42,603 nucleotides of DNA from Desulfobacterales bacterium (lineage in GTDB: Bacteria > Desulfobacterota > Desulfobacteria > Desulfobacterales > JAHEIW01). How positions within the stretch are numbered: the first letter of the stretch is position 1; each line of letters opens with the position of its first letter. The notes under the pieces are model-generated. The model worked only from the letters and a program-made list of their open reading frames with translations. It did not search any database and was not told the origin of the DNA. Shown here piece after piece: positions 17,102-27,947 of this stretch. The stretch covers positions 1-42,603 of the forward strand of contig JASFIU010000002.1 of assembly GCA_050122495.1 (NCBI GenBank), in the 5' to 3' direction. The position numbers were made by a program, and so were the translations under genes.

Positions 17102-17173
17102 AAAAGACCTCCCACTTGGCAACATAATTGATTTTGGCAACGAATGTGGATGTTGGATAAAACTTGACCAAAG

Positions 17174-20047
17174 ATGATTAACCTTCCCGAAATACTTGTT
17201 CAGGACCTGGAACGGAAGTGGGAAGAGTTCAAGCAATCATCTGCCGCAAAAAAAATTAATCTTCCCAAAGACCCGTCGATTAAAACAGCACTTCAGCGCG
17301 TATTTGTATTCAGCGATTTTGTGGCTGAAAACTGCACCCGCAACCCTTCTCTATTATTCGATCTTATCAGCAGCGGAGATCTTCAAGGACGCTATTCCAA
17401 AAACGATTATGATCAAAGGCTTGCAAAAGCCCTCGTTGATGCGGAGGATGAGGCGGCTTTAATCCGCATCTTGCGATCTTTTCGCTGCCGGGAAATGACG
17501 CGAATTGCATTTCGCGACCTGGCCGGCTGGAATCATCTGGCCGATACCGTCACTGATCTCTCCGGCCTGGCCGATGCCTGTCTGGAGCGGACCACATCCA
17601 TCCTTTACGGCTGGCTGTCTCAACAACTGGGCGAACCCACAGCCGAAGATGGCTCTCCCCAGCAGATGATTATTATCGGGCTCGGCAAACTGGGGGCACG
17701 GGAACTAAACTTTTCATCCGATGTGGATCTTATTTTCACTTACCCCAAGGCCGGTCATACAAGTGGAGCTGCCCAATCGATCAGCAATGATGATTTTTTT
17801 ACCCGCCTGGGCCGTCAGCTTGTCAAAGTTATCAGTCAACCGACCGCAGATGGGTTTGTGTTCCGCACCGATCTGCGCCTGCGGCCCTACGGTGAAAACG
17901 GCCCTTTGGTGATGCATTTTGATGCGATGGAAAACTACTACGAAGAGCAGGGCCGCGAGTGGGAACGCTACGCGCTGATCAGAGCCAGAGTTGTCGCCGG
18001 AGACAGAAAAACAGGCAACCATCTGCTGGAACGGCTAAATCCTTTTATCTACCGCCGCTATCTCGATTACGGCGCCTTTGATTCACTGCGGGAAATGAAG
18101 CGAATGATATCTCTTGAAGTTAAACGCCAGGGTATGAAACACAACATTAAGCTGGGAAGGGGCGGAATCCGGGAAATTGAGTTCTTCGGCCACATGTTTC
18201 AACTGATTCGCGGCGGTGTTGCACCCGATCTTCAGCAGCGAAGCATCCAGAAGGTATTAAGGATTCTGGCCCGTGACAATCATATACCCAAAGCGGTTTG
18301 TGATGAGCTGGGGGACGCTTACGAATTTCTCAGAAATACCGAACACCGGCTGCAGGAATTTGCCGATCAACAAACTCATGAATTGCCTTTAAATGCAGCG
18401 GATCAGGAGCGTCTGGCGGCAGCGATGGGTTTCGCAGATCCGGAAAAATTCAGCTCCCGGCTTCAACAGCATCGCCACAATGTACACCGCCATTTTCAGA
18501 TTCTGCTGGAAACCAAAGATTCTGAGTCCGAAAAACAGCAATCAGAAGAACAGCTCAAAGGTATCTGGCAGGGTTTGATCGGTGACAGTCAGGCACAAGA
18601 AATATTGGCGGGCGTCGGCTTTCATGAGCCTCTGGAGGTGTTGCGCCTGTTATCGTATTTGCGCAGCACATCCGGGTCAAGCACATCTGGTGAAACAGGC
18701 CGTCGGCGCCTGGAAAAATTGATTCCCCAGGTGCTCAGGGAAGTCGGTCACCAAAATAGACCAGAGATGATCCTCGGCCGAATTATCGATCTGATCAAAT
18801 CGATTGGCGGGCGGATCAGCTATCTTGCGCTTTTACTTGAAAACCCGGATGCACTCATTCACCTGATCCAACTGGTGGAGGCCAGCCCCTGGATCGCCTC
18901 TTTTCTAGCCCAGCATCCGGTTCTTTTAGATGAGCTTCTGGACCCCCGCACCCTTTATGTACCGCCTGAAGCCAAGCAGATAGAGCTGGACTTGAAACAG
19001 CGCATGAGCCAGGCCCCTGCGGATGACCTTGAACATCAGATCGAGCAGCTATGTGTTTTTAAAGAAAGCAACGTCCTAAAGGTTGCCGCCGCCGATGTGA
19101 GCGGAGCCCTGCCCTTAATGCGTGTCAGTGACCATCTATCGGACATCGCCGAGACCGTGCTGGCTGAGGTCGTAAAAATGGCCTATGACCATCTGCAGGA
19201 AAGGCACGGCGCTCCGGCCTGCCTTCTGAACGGGGTATCCTGCGATCGCGGTTTTGCAGTTATCGCTTACGGCAAACTCGGCGGGCTCGAACTTGGGTAC
19301 GGTTCGGATCTTGATCTGGTATTTCTGCACTCCGGAACCCAAGAGAAAACCCAGGGAAGCCAGCAGGCGATCGACAGCGGCCAATTTTATAACCGCCTCG
19401 GACAGCGTGTAATTCATATCCTGACTTCACATACACGGGCGGGCAGATTGTATGAAATTGACATGCGCCTGCGGCCCAGCGGGGTCTCCGGGGTCCTCGT
19501 CAGCCATGCGGATGGATTTCGGGATTATCAGCAGAACGAGGCCTGGACCTGGGAACACCAGGCGTTGATAAAAGCCCGGCCCATTCTTGGAGATCCACAG
19601 CTGACCGATCACTTTAAAAGCACCCGTAACAAAATCCTGGCTCGCAAACGCCACAAGCGCAAACTGCAACAGGAAGTGATCCGTATGCGCGAACGCATGC
19701 GCAAGGAACTTTTAAAACCCATGGCGGGGATGTTTGATCTCAAGCAGGATATTGGCGGAATCGTGGATATCGAATTTTTGGTCCAATATCTGGTGCTACT
19801 AAAATCGCATGAATATCGAGAATTACTGCAATGGACCGACAATGTGCGCCTGATCCAGACGTTGATCACGACCGGCGCGATAGATGAATATACAGCACAC
19901 CTTTTAAAGCATGCCTATCTGATTTATCGAGCAGCAGCCCATCAGGCCAGTCTTCAGGAAAAACCCGCCCAGGCCCCCAGGGAAAAATTCAGTCACCTGC
20001 GGGACCGAGTGGAAAAAATCTGGAACACATTTTTGGGAAACCATTGA
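17174..20047 (+). CDS. glnE: Glutamine synthetase adenylyltransferase / adenylyl-removing enzyme
   Basis: The 957-aa ORF has two nucleotidyltransferase halves (GKLGARELNFSSDVDLIF and GKLGGLELGYGSDLDLVF), each followed by a GlnE-type domain. Confidence 0.9.
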   Translation: MINLPEILVQDLERKWEEFKQSSAAKKINLPKDPSIKTALQRVFVFSDFVAENCTRNPSLLFDLISSGDLQGRYSKNDYDQRLAKALVDAEDEAALIRILRSFRCREMTRIAFRDLAGWNHLADTVTDLSGLADACLERTTSILYGWLSQQLGEPTAEDGSPQQMIIIGLGKLGARELNFSSDVDLIFTYPKAGHTSGAAQSISNDDFFTRLGRQLVKVISQPTADGFVFRTDLRLRPYGENGPLVMHFDAMENYYEEQGREWERYALIRARVVAGDRKTGNHLLERLNPFIYRRYLDYGAFDSLREMKRMISLEVKRQGMKHNIKLGRGGIREIEFFGHMFQLIRGGVAPDLQQRSIQKVLRILARDNHIPKAVCDELGDAYEFLRNTEHRLQEFADQQTHELPLNAADQERLAAAMGFADPEKFSSRLQQHRHNVHRHFQILLETKDSESEKQQSEEQLKGIWQGLIGDSQAQEILAGVGFHEPLEVLRLLSYLRSTSGSSTSGETGRRRLEKLIPQVLREVGHQNRPEMILGRIIDLIKSIGGRISYLALLLENPDALIHLIQLVEASPWIASFLAQHPVLLDELLDPRTLYVPPEAKQIELDLKQRMSQAPADDLEHQIEQLCVFKESNVLKVAAADVSGALPLMRVSDHLSDIAETVLAEVVKMAYDHLQERHGAPACLLNGVSCDRGFAVIAYGKLGGLELGYGSDLDLVFLHSGTQEKTQGSQQAIDSGQFYNRLGQRVIHILTSHTRAGRLYEIDMRLRPSGVSGVLVSHADGFRDYQQNEAWTWEHQALIKARPILGDPQLTDHFKSTRNKILARKRHKRKLQQEVIRMRERMRKELLKPMAGMFDLKQDIGGIVDIEFLVQYLVLLKSHEYRELLQWTDNVRLIQTLITTGAIDEYTAHLLKHAYLIYRAAAHQASLQEKPAQAPREKFSHLRDRVEKIWNTFLGNH

Positions 20048-20285
20048 AAACGTTGTTTTTGACATAATCGCAAACCGCTTTTCAGCCGTCGCGAACCTTG
20101 CATTTTCAATCACCCACCTGTTGCCATTATCGGCGAAGCTGTTATAATTTAAAAAACTGATATTACATTTTTGTAATATTTTTTCCCGATTTCTGGCAAA
20201 TTCGTAATAACTCTAAACAGCATCATCTCGGGGGCAGACTGTTATCATACTGAAATTACATATATTTTATCAAAATTGCCCCTGA

Positions 20286-20301
20286 TGGCATGCATGTTGC
20301 T
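20286..20301 (+). promoter_or_regulatory. Sigma-54 (-24/-12) promoter upstream of glnD
   Basis: TGGCAT-GCATG-TTGCT has correct GG-N10-GC spacing. It ends 45 nt upstream of the glnD ATG. Confidence 0.7.
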
Positions 20302-20345
20302 CAACAAGCTGTGATTCATCTAATCCATATGAAACATACCGCAAA

Positions 20346-22976
20346 ATGAAAAATGTACACCAACAAACAGCTCAACAGCTGCGGCAAAAAACAAAAAGGT
20401 TAATTGCGCGCCTTTTGAACGCAAAAGAGCCCGACTTTTTAAGGCAGCATGCACGACTCCTGGACGATTATTTCCAACAGGCGTTTGAAGCGAGCATGGT
20501 GGGTCCCCGTATGGATATCAGCAAAAATCCGTATGCCATCATTGCCCTTGGCGGCTACGGCAGAGAAGAACAATGCATTCATTCCGATGTCGATCTGTTG
20601 TTTTTGTTTAAAAAGAAAGTTCCACAGGAAGCCGAAAACCTGATCCAGGAAATCATTTATCCGCTGTGGGATATTGGTCTGGATGTCGGCTATGCCACCC
20701 GTTCACTGAAAGAGTGTTTGACACTGGCCGGCAAAGATTATGAAGTGCTGACCCCGATGCTGGATGCCAGATTCATTTGCGGGTGGTCCCTGATATACGG
20801 GAATCTTCTGGATGAATTGCGCAAAAAAATCATTTTTAAAAGATCCCGGGAAATTATCAACTGGCTGGTCGAAAGCAATGAATTGCGACACGCCCATTTC
20901 GGTGATTCGGCCTATTTGCTAGAGCCCAATCTTAAAGAAGGCCAAGGTGGTTTGCGAGACTATCACACCATGCTGTGGATTGCGCGTATCGCCTTTAACG
21001 CCAAACAGCCCAGGGATCTTGAATATCTGGGATTGCTTTCCCATGAAGAGTTCCAGACCTTAATACGAGCCATTGCCTTTATCTGGAACGTGCGCAACCG
21101 GATTCATTACATCTGCGGTCGCAAATGTGATCAGCTGCATTTTGAAAATCAGGTTAAGGTCGCGCGGTCACTGGACTACAAAAAGAATAACGGGCAGGAA
21201 CCGGTCGAAAGATTGATGGGTGAGCTACACGGGCGCATGGAGGCACTCAAGCAGCAGCACCTGATGTTTTTGTACGAGCTGGGCTATGAAAAAATAAGAA
21301 AACGCCAAAGAAAATCAAAGAAAAAAAGTGACGTTGAGGGCCTGGAAGTGATCAAATGGGGGATGCTTAATTTCGGCGGGCCAGAAGCCATTTTAAAAAA
21401 ACCGGAACTCTTAATGAAAATATTTGAGGAAAGCGCCCGCCTCAAAATTCCCTTGAGCGCGGAAGCCAAACGGCTCGTAAAAGAATTTTCCCATCTGGCA
21501 ACTAAAATGTATCGCAACTCCGAGCCGATCGTAAAGTCCTTTGAACGGATTCTCGTCGCTCCAGCGCCTAAATTTAATGTCCTCAATGAAATGTTAAACA
21601 CGGATTTTCTGGAAAAAACGATCCCTGAATTCGGCGACATCCGCAACCGCATCCAGTATGATGAGTATCACCTTTATCCGGTCGACAAGCATCTGTTGCG
21701 CACCGTACAAACCATAAAAAAATTCGGCACGGCCAAAGACCGCAGCCTGGAACCGTTATGCGCGAAGATTTACCGGAATTTGAAAAGAAAGAATCTTTTG
21801 CTCTGGGCGGCGTTGTTGCACGATATCGGCAAGGGCGAATCTGCAGAAGATCACTCCGCAAAAGGTGCAGCGATCGTTAAAAACATCCTTATCCAAAAAG
21901 GATTAAAGCCTGCCGATATCGATACGGTCATTTTTCTGGTTCAAGAACACCTTTTACTGATTAAAACCGCGACCCGCAGGGATATCCACGACGAGGAGAC
22001 CGCCATTACCTGTGCCCGCAGGATAAAGGACATCGAACGCTTAAAAATGCTTTATCTGCTGACCGTTGCCGATTCGATCGCAACGGGGCCGATGGCCTGG
22101 AACGACTGGACCGCAACGCTTTTAAGGGATTTTTTCCTCAAAACCTTGAATGTCCTGGAAAAGGGAGAGCTGGCCACCGCCCAGGCTGTCGAGGTGGTGG
22201 AGCAAAAGAAAAAGGAAGCCATGCGTTCAGCCTCCAGCCCCAGAGCTAAAAAGAAAACTGAAACCCTTCTCGGTGTGATGTCGCCACGCTACCTTTTATA
22301 CATGCCGGCCGCTGAAATTCAAAAACATATCCGGCTGTACGAAAGTCTATCCTCGGATAATTCAGATTTTATATGGGAAATCGAACACGATGCCGATGCC
22401 AACACCCGCTCGGTTACTATCTGTGCCCAGGATCGCCCCGGTCTGATTTCAAAAATTGCCGGTGTCTTTACCTTAAACAACATCGACATTTTAGACGTCC
22501 AGGTATTCACCTGGCGCAATAAAATTGCCCTGGATATTTTCAAAGTCAAACCGCCACCGGATCCCTTACTGGAAGATGAGAAATGGAACCAAGCCGCCGG
22601 GAACCTCAGGGCTGCATTGTCCGGCGACCTGGATTTAACCGCAGCGCTTAAAAAAAAGGTGCGCACTTACCGTAACGGCAAGGCCGCACTCGTTAAAAAA
22701 CCCCATCAGGTCATGGTGGACAATACCAGTTCCAGTTTTTTTACCATCATCGAAGTGTTTACCTATGATTTCCCCGGTTTGCTCTTCAGTATTACCGATG
22801 CGCTTTATCAGCGCGACCTGAACATTTGGGTTGCAAAAATCGCAACTAAAGCAGACCAGGTTGTGGATGTTTTTTATGTTAGGGATGTAAATGGACAAAA
22901 AGTGGATTTGCCGGATCAGGTGGCACGTATAAAAGCCGCCATAATCGAACGGCTTCCATCCACCCAACCTGATTAG
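20346..22976 (+). CDS. glnD: [Protein-PII] uridylyltransferase / uridylyl-removing enzyme
   Basis: The 876-aa ORF has an N-terminal nucleotidyltransferase (GGYGREEQCIHSDVDLLF), an HD domain (LLHDIGK) and two C-terminal ACT-like domains. Confidence 0.9.
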   Translation: MKNVHQQTAQQLRQKTKRLIARLLNAKEPDFLRQHARLLDDYFQQAFEASMVGPRMDISKNPYAIIALGGYGREEQCIHSDVDLLFLFKKKVPQEAENLIQEIIYPLWDIGLDVGYATRSLKECLTLAGKDYEVLTPMLDARFICGWSLIYGNLLDELRKKIIFKRSREIINWLVESNELRHAHFGDSAYLLEPNLKEGQGGLRDYHTMLWIARIAFNAKQPRDLEYLGLLSHEEFQTLIRAIAFIWNVRNRIHYICGRKCDQLHFENQVKVARSLDYKKNNGQEPVERLMGELHGRMEALKQQHLMFLYELGYEKIRKRQRKSKKKSDVEGLEVIKWGMLNFGGPEAILKKPELLMKIFEESARLKIPLSAEAKRLVKEFSHLATKMYRNSEPIVKSFERILVAPAPKFNVLNEMLNTDFLEKTIPEFGDIRNRIQYDEYHLYPVDKHLLRTVQTIKKFGTAKDRSLEPLCAKIYRNLKRKNLLLWAALLHDIGKGESAEDHSAKGAAIVKNILIQKGLKPADIDTVIFLVQEHLLLIKTATRRDIHDEETAITCARRIKDIERLKMLYLLTVADSIATGPMAWNDWTATLLRDFFLKTLNVLEKGELATAQAVEVVEQKKKEAMRSASSPRAKKKTETLLGVMSPRYLLYMPAAEIQKHIRLYESLSSDNSDFIWEIEHDADANTRSVTICAQDRPGLISKIAGVFTLNNIDILDVQVFTWRNKIALDIFKVKPPPDPLLEDEKWNQAAGNLRAALSGDLDLTAALKKKVRTYRNGKAALVKKPHQVMVDNTSSSFFTIIEVFTYDFPGLLFSITDALYQRDLNIWVAKIATKADQVVDVFYVRDVNGQKVDLPDQVARIKAAIIERLPSTQPD

Positions 22977-23021
22977 TTCAGCAAAAAAATTGAAGCTTGA
23001 TGAGGAGGACAGGTCTTAAAC

Positions 23022-24314
23022 ATGAAATCAAAAACACTACTGACATCTGTAATTTTACTTGCGATGCCCTTTTCTTCGGCGGTTGCGTCGGAGGGTTTAA
23101 ATTCGGGTGATACCGCCTGGATGATTGTCTCAACCGCACTGGTCATGATGATGACCCCGGCCGGTCTGGCTCTGTTTTATGGGGGAATGTCCCGGTATAA
23201 AAACCTGCTAAATACGTTTGCCATGACATTTGTGGCCTATTGCCTGGCCAGCATTATCTGGATGATGTGGGGCTACAGTCTGGCCTTTGGATCCAGCAAA
23301 GCCGGCATCATTGGCGGATTGGAAAATATGTTCTTAACCGGTATCGGTGTGGACAGTCTTTCGGGAAGTATCCCCACCTATGTGTTTGCACTTTTTCAGA
23401 TGACCTTTGCGGGCATCACGGTTGCGCTGGTTCTGGGCTCGGCCGTTGATCGTATGAAATTTTCATCGTGGATTGTCTTTACACTTTTATGGGTTACCTT
23501 CATCTACTGCCCGATTGCCCACTGGGTGTGGGGCGGTGGCTGGATGGGAAGTATGGGCGCTCTCGATTTTGCCGGCGGCACGGTCGTGCACATTAACGCC
23601 GGCGTGGCCGGGTTGGTGCTGGCGCTGGTGCTCGGCAAGCGCATCGGATACGGTAAAGAGGCCATGTTTCCGTCCAGCATCGCATTCACCGCAGTCGGGG
23701 CCGCACTTTTATGGTTTGGCTGGTTTGGCTTTAATGCCGGCAGTCAGTTGGCCGCCGATGGTGTGGCCGGTTCGGCCTTTTTGGTCACCAATACATCGGC
23801 CGCAATGGGCGCTCTGGCCTGGATGTTTGCCGAATGGATGGTGGACAAAAAACCGACGGTGCTGGGTTTGGCTTCCGGAGTCGTGGCCGGACTGGTTGCC
23901 ATCACACCCGCAGCCGGGTTTGTCAATTTACCGGCCGCATTGATTATTGGATTTGTTGCTGGCATACTGGGTTTTTATTTCGTGGCCAAGGTAAAACATA
24001 AGCTCGGCTATGACGATTCGCTGGATGCTTTTGGTGTCCACGGGATGTGCGGGCTCTGGGGTGCATTGGCCACCGGACTGTTTGCTAATCCGGCCATAAA
24101 TGAGGCCGGCAAGGGTTTGTTTTACGGCAACCCGAAACAGCTCTGGATCCAGATTATCTCCATCGTCGCCACAGCCGTGTTTACCGCCGTCGGCACCCTG
24201 ATTGTCATATTCATAACCAAAATATTAACCGGGGGCCTGAGGGTCAACGAAGAAAACGAGGTTGCCGGACTCGACAGCTCCATACACGGCGAAAGAGCAT
24301 TTGAAATTCAATAA
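23022..24314 (+). CDS. amtB: Ammonium transporter (Amt family)
   Basis: The 430-aa ORF is polytopic with a signal peptide. Amt signatures are present (DFAGGTVVHINAG, GWFGFNAGS, DDSLDAFGVHG). Confidence 0.95.
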   Translation: MKSKTLLTSVILLAMPFSSAVASEGLNSGDTAWMIVSTALVMMMTPAGLALFYGGMSRYKNLLNTFAMTFVAYCLASIIWMMWGYSLAFGSSKAGIIGGLENMFLTGIGVDSLSGSIPTYVFALFQMTFAGITVALVLGSAVDRMKFSSWIVFTLLWVTFIYCPIAHWVWGGGWMGSMGALDFAGGTVVHINAGVAGLVLALVLGKRIGYGKEAMFPSSIAFTAVGAALLWFGWFGFNAGSQLAADGVAGSAFLVTNTSAAMGALAWMFAEWMVDKKPTVLGLASGVVAGLVAITPAAGFVNLPAALIIGFVAGILGFYFVAKVKHKLGYDDSLDAFGVHGMCGLWGALATGLFANPAINEAGKGLFYGNPKQLWIQIISIVATAVFTAVGTLIVIFITKILTGGLRVNEENEVAGLDSSIHGERAFEIQ

Positions 24315-24713
<399 letters not shown>

Positions 24714-24758
24714 AATCCCAAAATACATTAATCATACAAATAAAGGAGGAATTATCTA

Positions 24759-26171
24759 ATGACACCCAAAGAAGTATTGGACATGGCAAAGGAAAACGGC
24801 GCAAAGGTCGTCGATCTACGCTTTATGGATTTTCCGGGATTATGGCAACATTTTACGGTTCCGATGAGTGAACTGGAGGAATCCAGCTTTGAAGACGGTT
24901 TCGGCTTCGACGGCTCGAGCATTCGCGGCTGGCAGCCGATTCATGCCAGCGACATGCTGGTGGTCCCCGATGCAGAAACTGCAAAAATGGACCCGTTTTA
25001 TGAAGCCCCGACCCTGGTGTTGATCTGCAACATCGTTGACCCGGTTACCCGTGAAGCCTATACCCGCGATCCGCGCAATATCGCCCAAAAAGCAGATGCG
25101 TATTTAAAAAGCAGCGGAATCGGCGATGTGGCCTACTTCGGCCCGGAAGCCGAATTTTTTATCTTTGATGATATCCGCTTTGAATCCACGCGCTTCTCAG
25201 CGTTTTATGAGATCGATTCCGTCGAGGGCAACTGGAATACCGGCCGGGACGAAGGCCCCAATTTGGGCTACAAGCCGCGCCACAAAGAAGGCTATTTTCC
25301 GGTTCCGCCGATGGACAAATTTCAGGACCTGCGCACCGAGATGGTCCTGACCCTTGAAAACCTGGGGATCGAAACCGAGGCCCAGCATCACGAAGTGGCC
25401 ACCGCCGGACAGGCCGAAATCGACATGCGCTTCAAGCCCCTGCTGCAGATGTCCGACCAGCTCATGTGGTTTAAATATGTGCTTAAAAACGTGGCCTACC
25501 GCCACAACCATACCGTTACATTTATGCCCAAGCCGCTTTTTGAGGATAACGGCACCGGAATGCATACCCATATCAGCATCTGGAAGGACGACCAGCCGCT
25601 ATTTGCCGGTGACAAATATGCCGGAATATCCCAGGAGGCGCTTTACGGCATCGGCGGCATCCTGAAGCACTGCCGTGCGCTGACCGCCTTTACCAACCCG
25701 ACCACCAACTCCTACAAACGCCTGGTGCCGGGGTTTGAAGCACCGGTCAATCTGGCGTACTCCAGCCGCAACCGCAGCGCGGCGGTCCGCCTCCCGATGT
25801 ATTCGGCCTCACCAAAAGCCAAACGCATCGAGTTCAGAACCCCGGATCCGTCCTGCAACGGGTACCTGGCATTTTCAGCCATGCTGATGGCCGTCATTGA
25901 CGGCATCCAGAATAAGATCGACCCGGGTGATCCGCTGGACAAAGATATCTACAATCTTCCGCCGGAAGAATTGGCTGAAATCCCGTCGGCTCCAGGATCT
26001 TTGGAAGAGGCCATCGAGGCTCTGAATGCCGATCAGGAATTTTTGAAAAAGGGAGATGTGTTTACTCAGGATGCCATCGACATGTGGATCGAGTACAAAA
26101 CCGAAAATGAAATCAACGACGTTAAGCTGCGTCCCCATCCGCATGAGTTTTACCTGTATTATGATATTTAA
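24759..26171 (+). CDS. glnA: Glutamine synthetase type I
   Basis: The 470-aa ORF has GSI motifs ([37 protein letters not shown]). An adenylylation-type Tyr sits in [11 protein letters not shown]. Confidence 0.95.
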   Translation: MTPKEVLDMAKENGAKVVDLRFMDFPGLWQHFTVPMSELEESSFEDGFGFDGSSIRGWQPIHASDMLVVPDAETAKMDPFYEAPTLVLICNIVDPVTREAYTRDPRNIAQKADAYLKSSGIGDVAYFGPEAEFFIFDDIRFESTRFSAFYEIDSVEGNWNTGRDEGPNLGYKPRHKEGYFPVPPMDKFQDLRTEMVLTLENLGIETEAQHHEVATAGQAEIDMRFKPLLQMSDQLMWFKYVLKNVAYRHNHTVTFMPKPLFEDNGTGMHTHISIWKDDQPLFAGDKYAGISQEALYGIGGILKHCRALTAFTNPTTNSYKRLVPGFEAPVNLAYSSRNRSAAVRLPMYSASPKAKRIEFRTPDPSCNGYLAFSAMLMAVIDGIQNKIDPGDPLDKDIYNLPPEELAEIPSAPGSLEEAIEALNADQEFLKKGDVFTQDAIDMWIEYKTENEINDVKLRPHPHEFYLYYDI

Positions 26172-26178
26172 AAATAAA

Positions 26179-26203
26179 GCCCTGCTCGAAAGAGCAGGGC
26201 TTT
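26179..26203. terminator. Bidirectional intrinsic terminator between convergent glnA and the sigma-54 activator gene
   Basis: GCCCTGCTC-GAAA-GAGCAGGGC is a perfect 9-bp stem with a GAAA loop. It is followed by TTT on the plus strand and preceded by AAA. Confidence 0.8.
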
Positions 26204-27725
26204 ATCGATAAGATTTATATTCAACTCCATACTTTTGGGCCTTATAGCCGAACTTCCTCACGGTGGTCTTCAAAATTTCGGCGGCCAGGGTGATGTTGCC
26301 CCGGGTGTTTTTCAGGGCGTCGATGATCATTTCTTTCTCAAGACTGGCGACGGCATCCTCTAAAGAAAGCGTCGGCACTGTACCCGATTCTTTGCCAGTT
26401 TGAAGGGTGGGCGGCAGATGGTAGCTGTGAATCACACCTTCTTCGCAAAGCAGCACCGCACGCTCAATACAGTTTTCAAGCTCTCTTACATTTCCCGGCC
26501 AGTGGTATTCCATGAGCATATCAATGGCCGGCGTCGACAATCTTTTTATATTTTTGTGATTCTCCCTGGCATATTTCTCGAGAAAATAGTCCGCCAGCAG
26601 CAATATATCGGTCTTGCGTTCACGCAGCGGCGGCAGGTAAATCGGAAACACATTTAATCGATAGTAGAGATCGCCCCTGAAGGATTCGTCCTCAACGGCA
26701 TCCTCCAGGTTTTTATTGGTGGCGGCAATAATGCGCACATCTGTTTTGATGGTCCGGTGCCCCCCGACCCGCTCAAATTCTTTTTCTTGAAGTATTCTGA
26801 GCAGATTGGCCTGAACATCCAGCCCCAGAGAGCCGATTTCATCCAGAAAGATGGTGCCCTTGTGAGCCAGTTCAAATTTGCCGATTTTTTGTTTGATGGC
26901 ACCGGTAAAGGCACCCTTCTCATGGCCAAACAGTTCACTTTCAATCAGATTGACGGGCAAGGCCGCACAATTGACCTTAACGAAGGGATTTTGGGCCCGA
27001 TGGCTGCCGTAGTGAATTGAGTTGGCAACCAGCTCTTTGCCGGTCCCGCTTTCACCCCGTATCAGTACGGTTGCATTGCTCTTGCAAACCTGGGAGACCA
27101 TTTGAAAAACCTCACGCATTTTATTGCTGTTGCCGACAATGTTGCTGATACTGTATTTGTCTTTGAGCACGTTTTGTAAGCGCCGATTCTCCTCCCGCAA
27201 CCGTTCTTTTTCCAGACGTATGGTTTCAAGTTTGATCACATGGCTGGCGATCATCGCCGCGATAACTGCAAGTAGTTTTTGACCTCTTTTGAGCGCATAG
27301 GACTTATCAAAAGGCCGGTCCACACTGAGGGCGCCGATGACCTGTTTTCCTTTTTTAACCGGAACACAGATAAATGATCGCTCTTTACCCTCCTTTTTCT
27401 TGCGTGTTGCCGTGCGATCCAAAAAGAGCGGTTCCTCGCTGATTTTAGGAATTGACACCGCCTTTCCGGTCTCGATCACCTTGCCGGTAATACCTTCTCC
27501 AAGTTTATATTTGACCCGGTTCATCGTGCTTTGTGTCAGACCGTGGGCGACTTCGATATTAATCTCGTTGCGCAGGGGATTCAAAATTGTTATAGTGCCC
27601 TGCACCATGTTCATTGAGTTGGACAAGATATCCAGCACCTTATACAGCGACTTTCTCAAATCCAGATGCTCGTTTAGCGCATTGGTGATTTCGTACAGAA
27701 GCGTAACCTCTTCAATCGGTTTCAT
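26202..27725 (-). CDS. Sigma-54-dependent transcriptional activator with N-terminal GAF domain (NifA-like architecture, no receiver domain)
   Basis: The AAA+ core carries GESGTGKE, GAFTGA and the R-finger region. A C-terminal Fis-type HTH is present. The N-terminal 170 aa are GAF-like, and no phospho-acceptor REC domain is seen. Confidence 0.85.
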   Translation of the reverse strand: MKPIEEVTLLYEITNALNEHLDLRKSLYKVLDILSNSMNMVQGTITILNPLRNEINIEVAHGLTQSTMNRVKYKLGEGITGKVIETGKAVSIPKISEEPLFLDRTATRKKKEGKERSFICVPVKKGKQVIGALSVDRPFDKSYALKRGQKLLAVIAAMIASHVIKLETIRLEKERLREENRRLQNVLKDKYSISNIVGNSNKMREVFQMVSQVCKSNATVLIRGESGTGKELVANSIHYGSHRAQNPFVKVNCAALPVNLIESELFGHEKGAFTGAIKQKIGKFELAHKGTIFLDEIGSLGLDVQANLLRILQEKEFERVGGHRTIKTDVRIIAATNKNLEDAVEDESFRGDLYYRLNVFPIYLPPLRERKTDILLLADYFLEKYARENHKNIKRLSTPAIDMLMEYHWPGNVRELENCIERAVLLCEEGVIHSYHLPPTLQTGKESGTVPTLSLEDAVASLEKEMIIDALKNTRGNITLAAEILKTTVRKFGYKAQKYGVEYKSYR

Positions 27726-27911
27726 AGCATAAAATTCTTTCCTATAATTAAAAAATTAATTTGACGGATCTGTTATGGCTCGAACATAATAATACAATTT
27801 TGTAATAAATTGCAACCTATTTTCCCGGGCCACCGGAACTTGGTTCAGGCTGCCGGCTAAATGCCGGTTTTTAAAATTGGGTAATGGGAACATAACCATG
27901 ACAAATTTTAC

Positions 27912-27946
27912 TCAATCCAAAATCCGCAATCTAAAATCCAAATTCA
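27912..27946. repeat. Degenerate AATCCGC-type periodic arm ending 1 nt before the dinB start codon
   Basis: CAATCCAAAATCCGCAATCTAAAATCCAAATTCAA has the same unit as 17048-17082 and 31977-32012. Only a weak partner arm (AAAATTGGGTAATGGGAAC, about 27871-27890) lies upstream. Confidence 0.6.
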
Positions 27947-27947
27947 A

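Noticed and set aside
17117-17131. Sigma-54-like TGGCAA-CATAA-TTGA upstream of glnE
   Set aside because: The -12 element has GA instead of the near-invariant GC. It is kept only as a weak possibility.
16614-17171. 185-aa minus-strand ORF spanning the end of the M48 gene and the nested repeat
   Set aside because: It overlaps a well-supported gene in antisense and is otherwise translated repeat DNA.
27726-27947. SOS/LexA operator upstream of dinB
   Set aside because: No match was found to the CTGT-N8-ACAG, CGAAC-N4-GTTCG or GGTT-N2-C-N4-G-N3-ACC type boxes I know. CTGTTATGGCTCGAACAT fails all three spacings.
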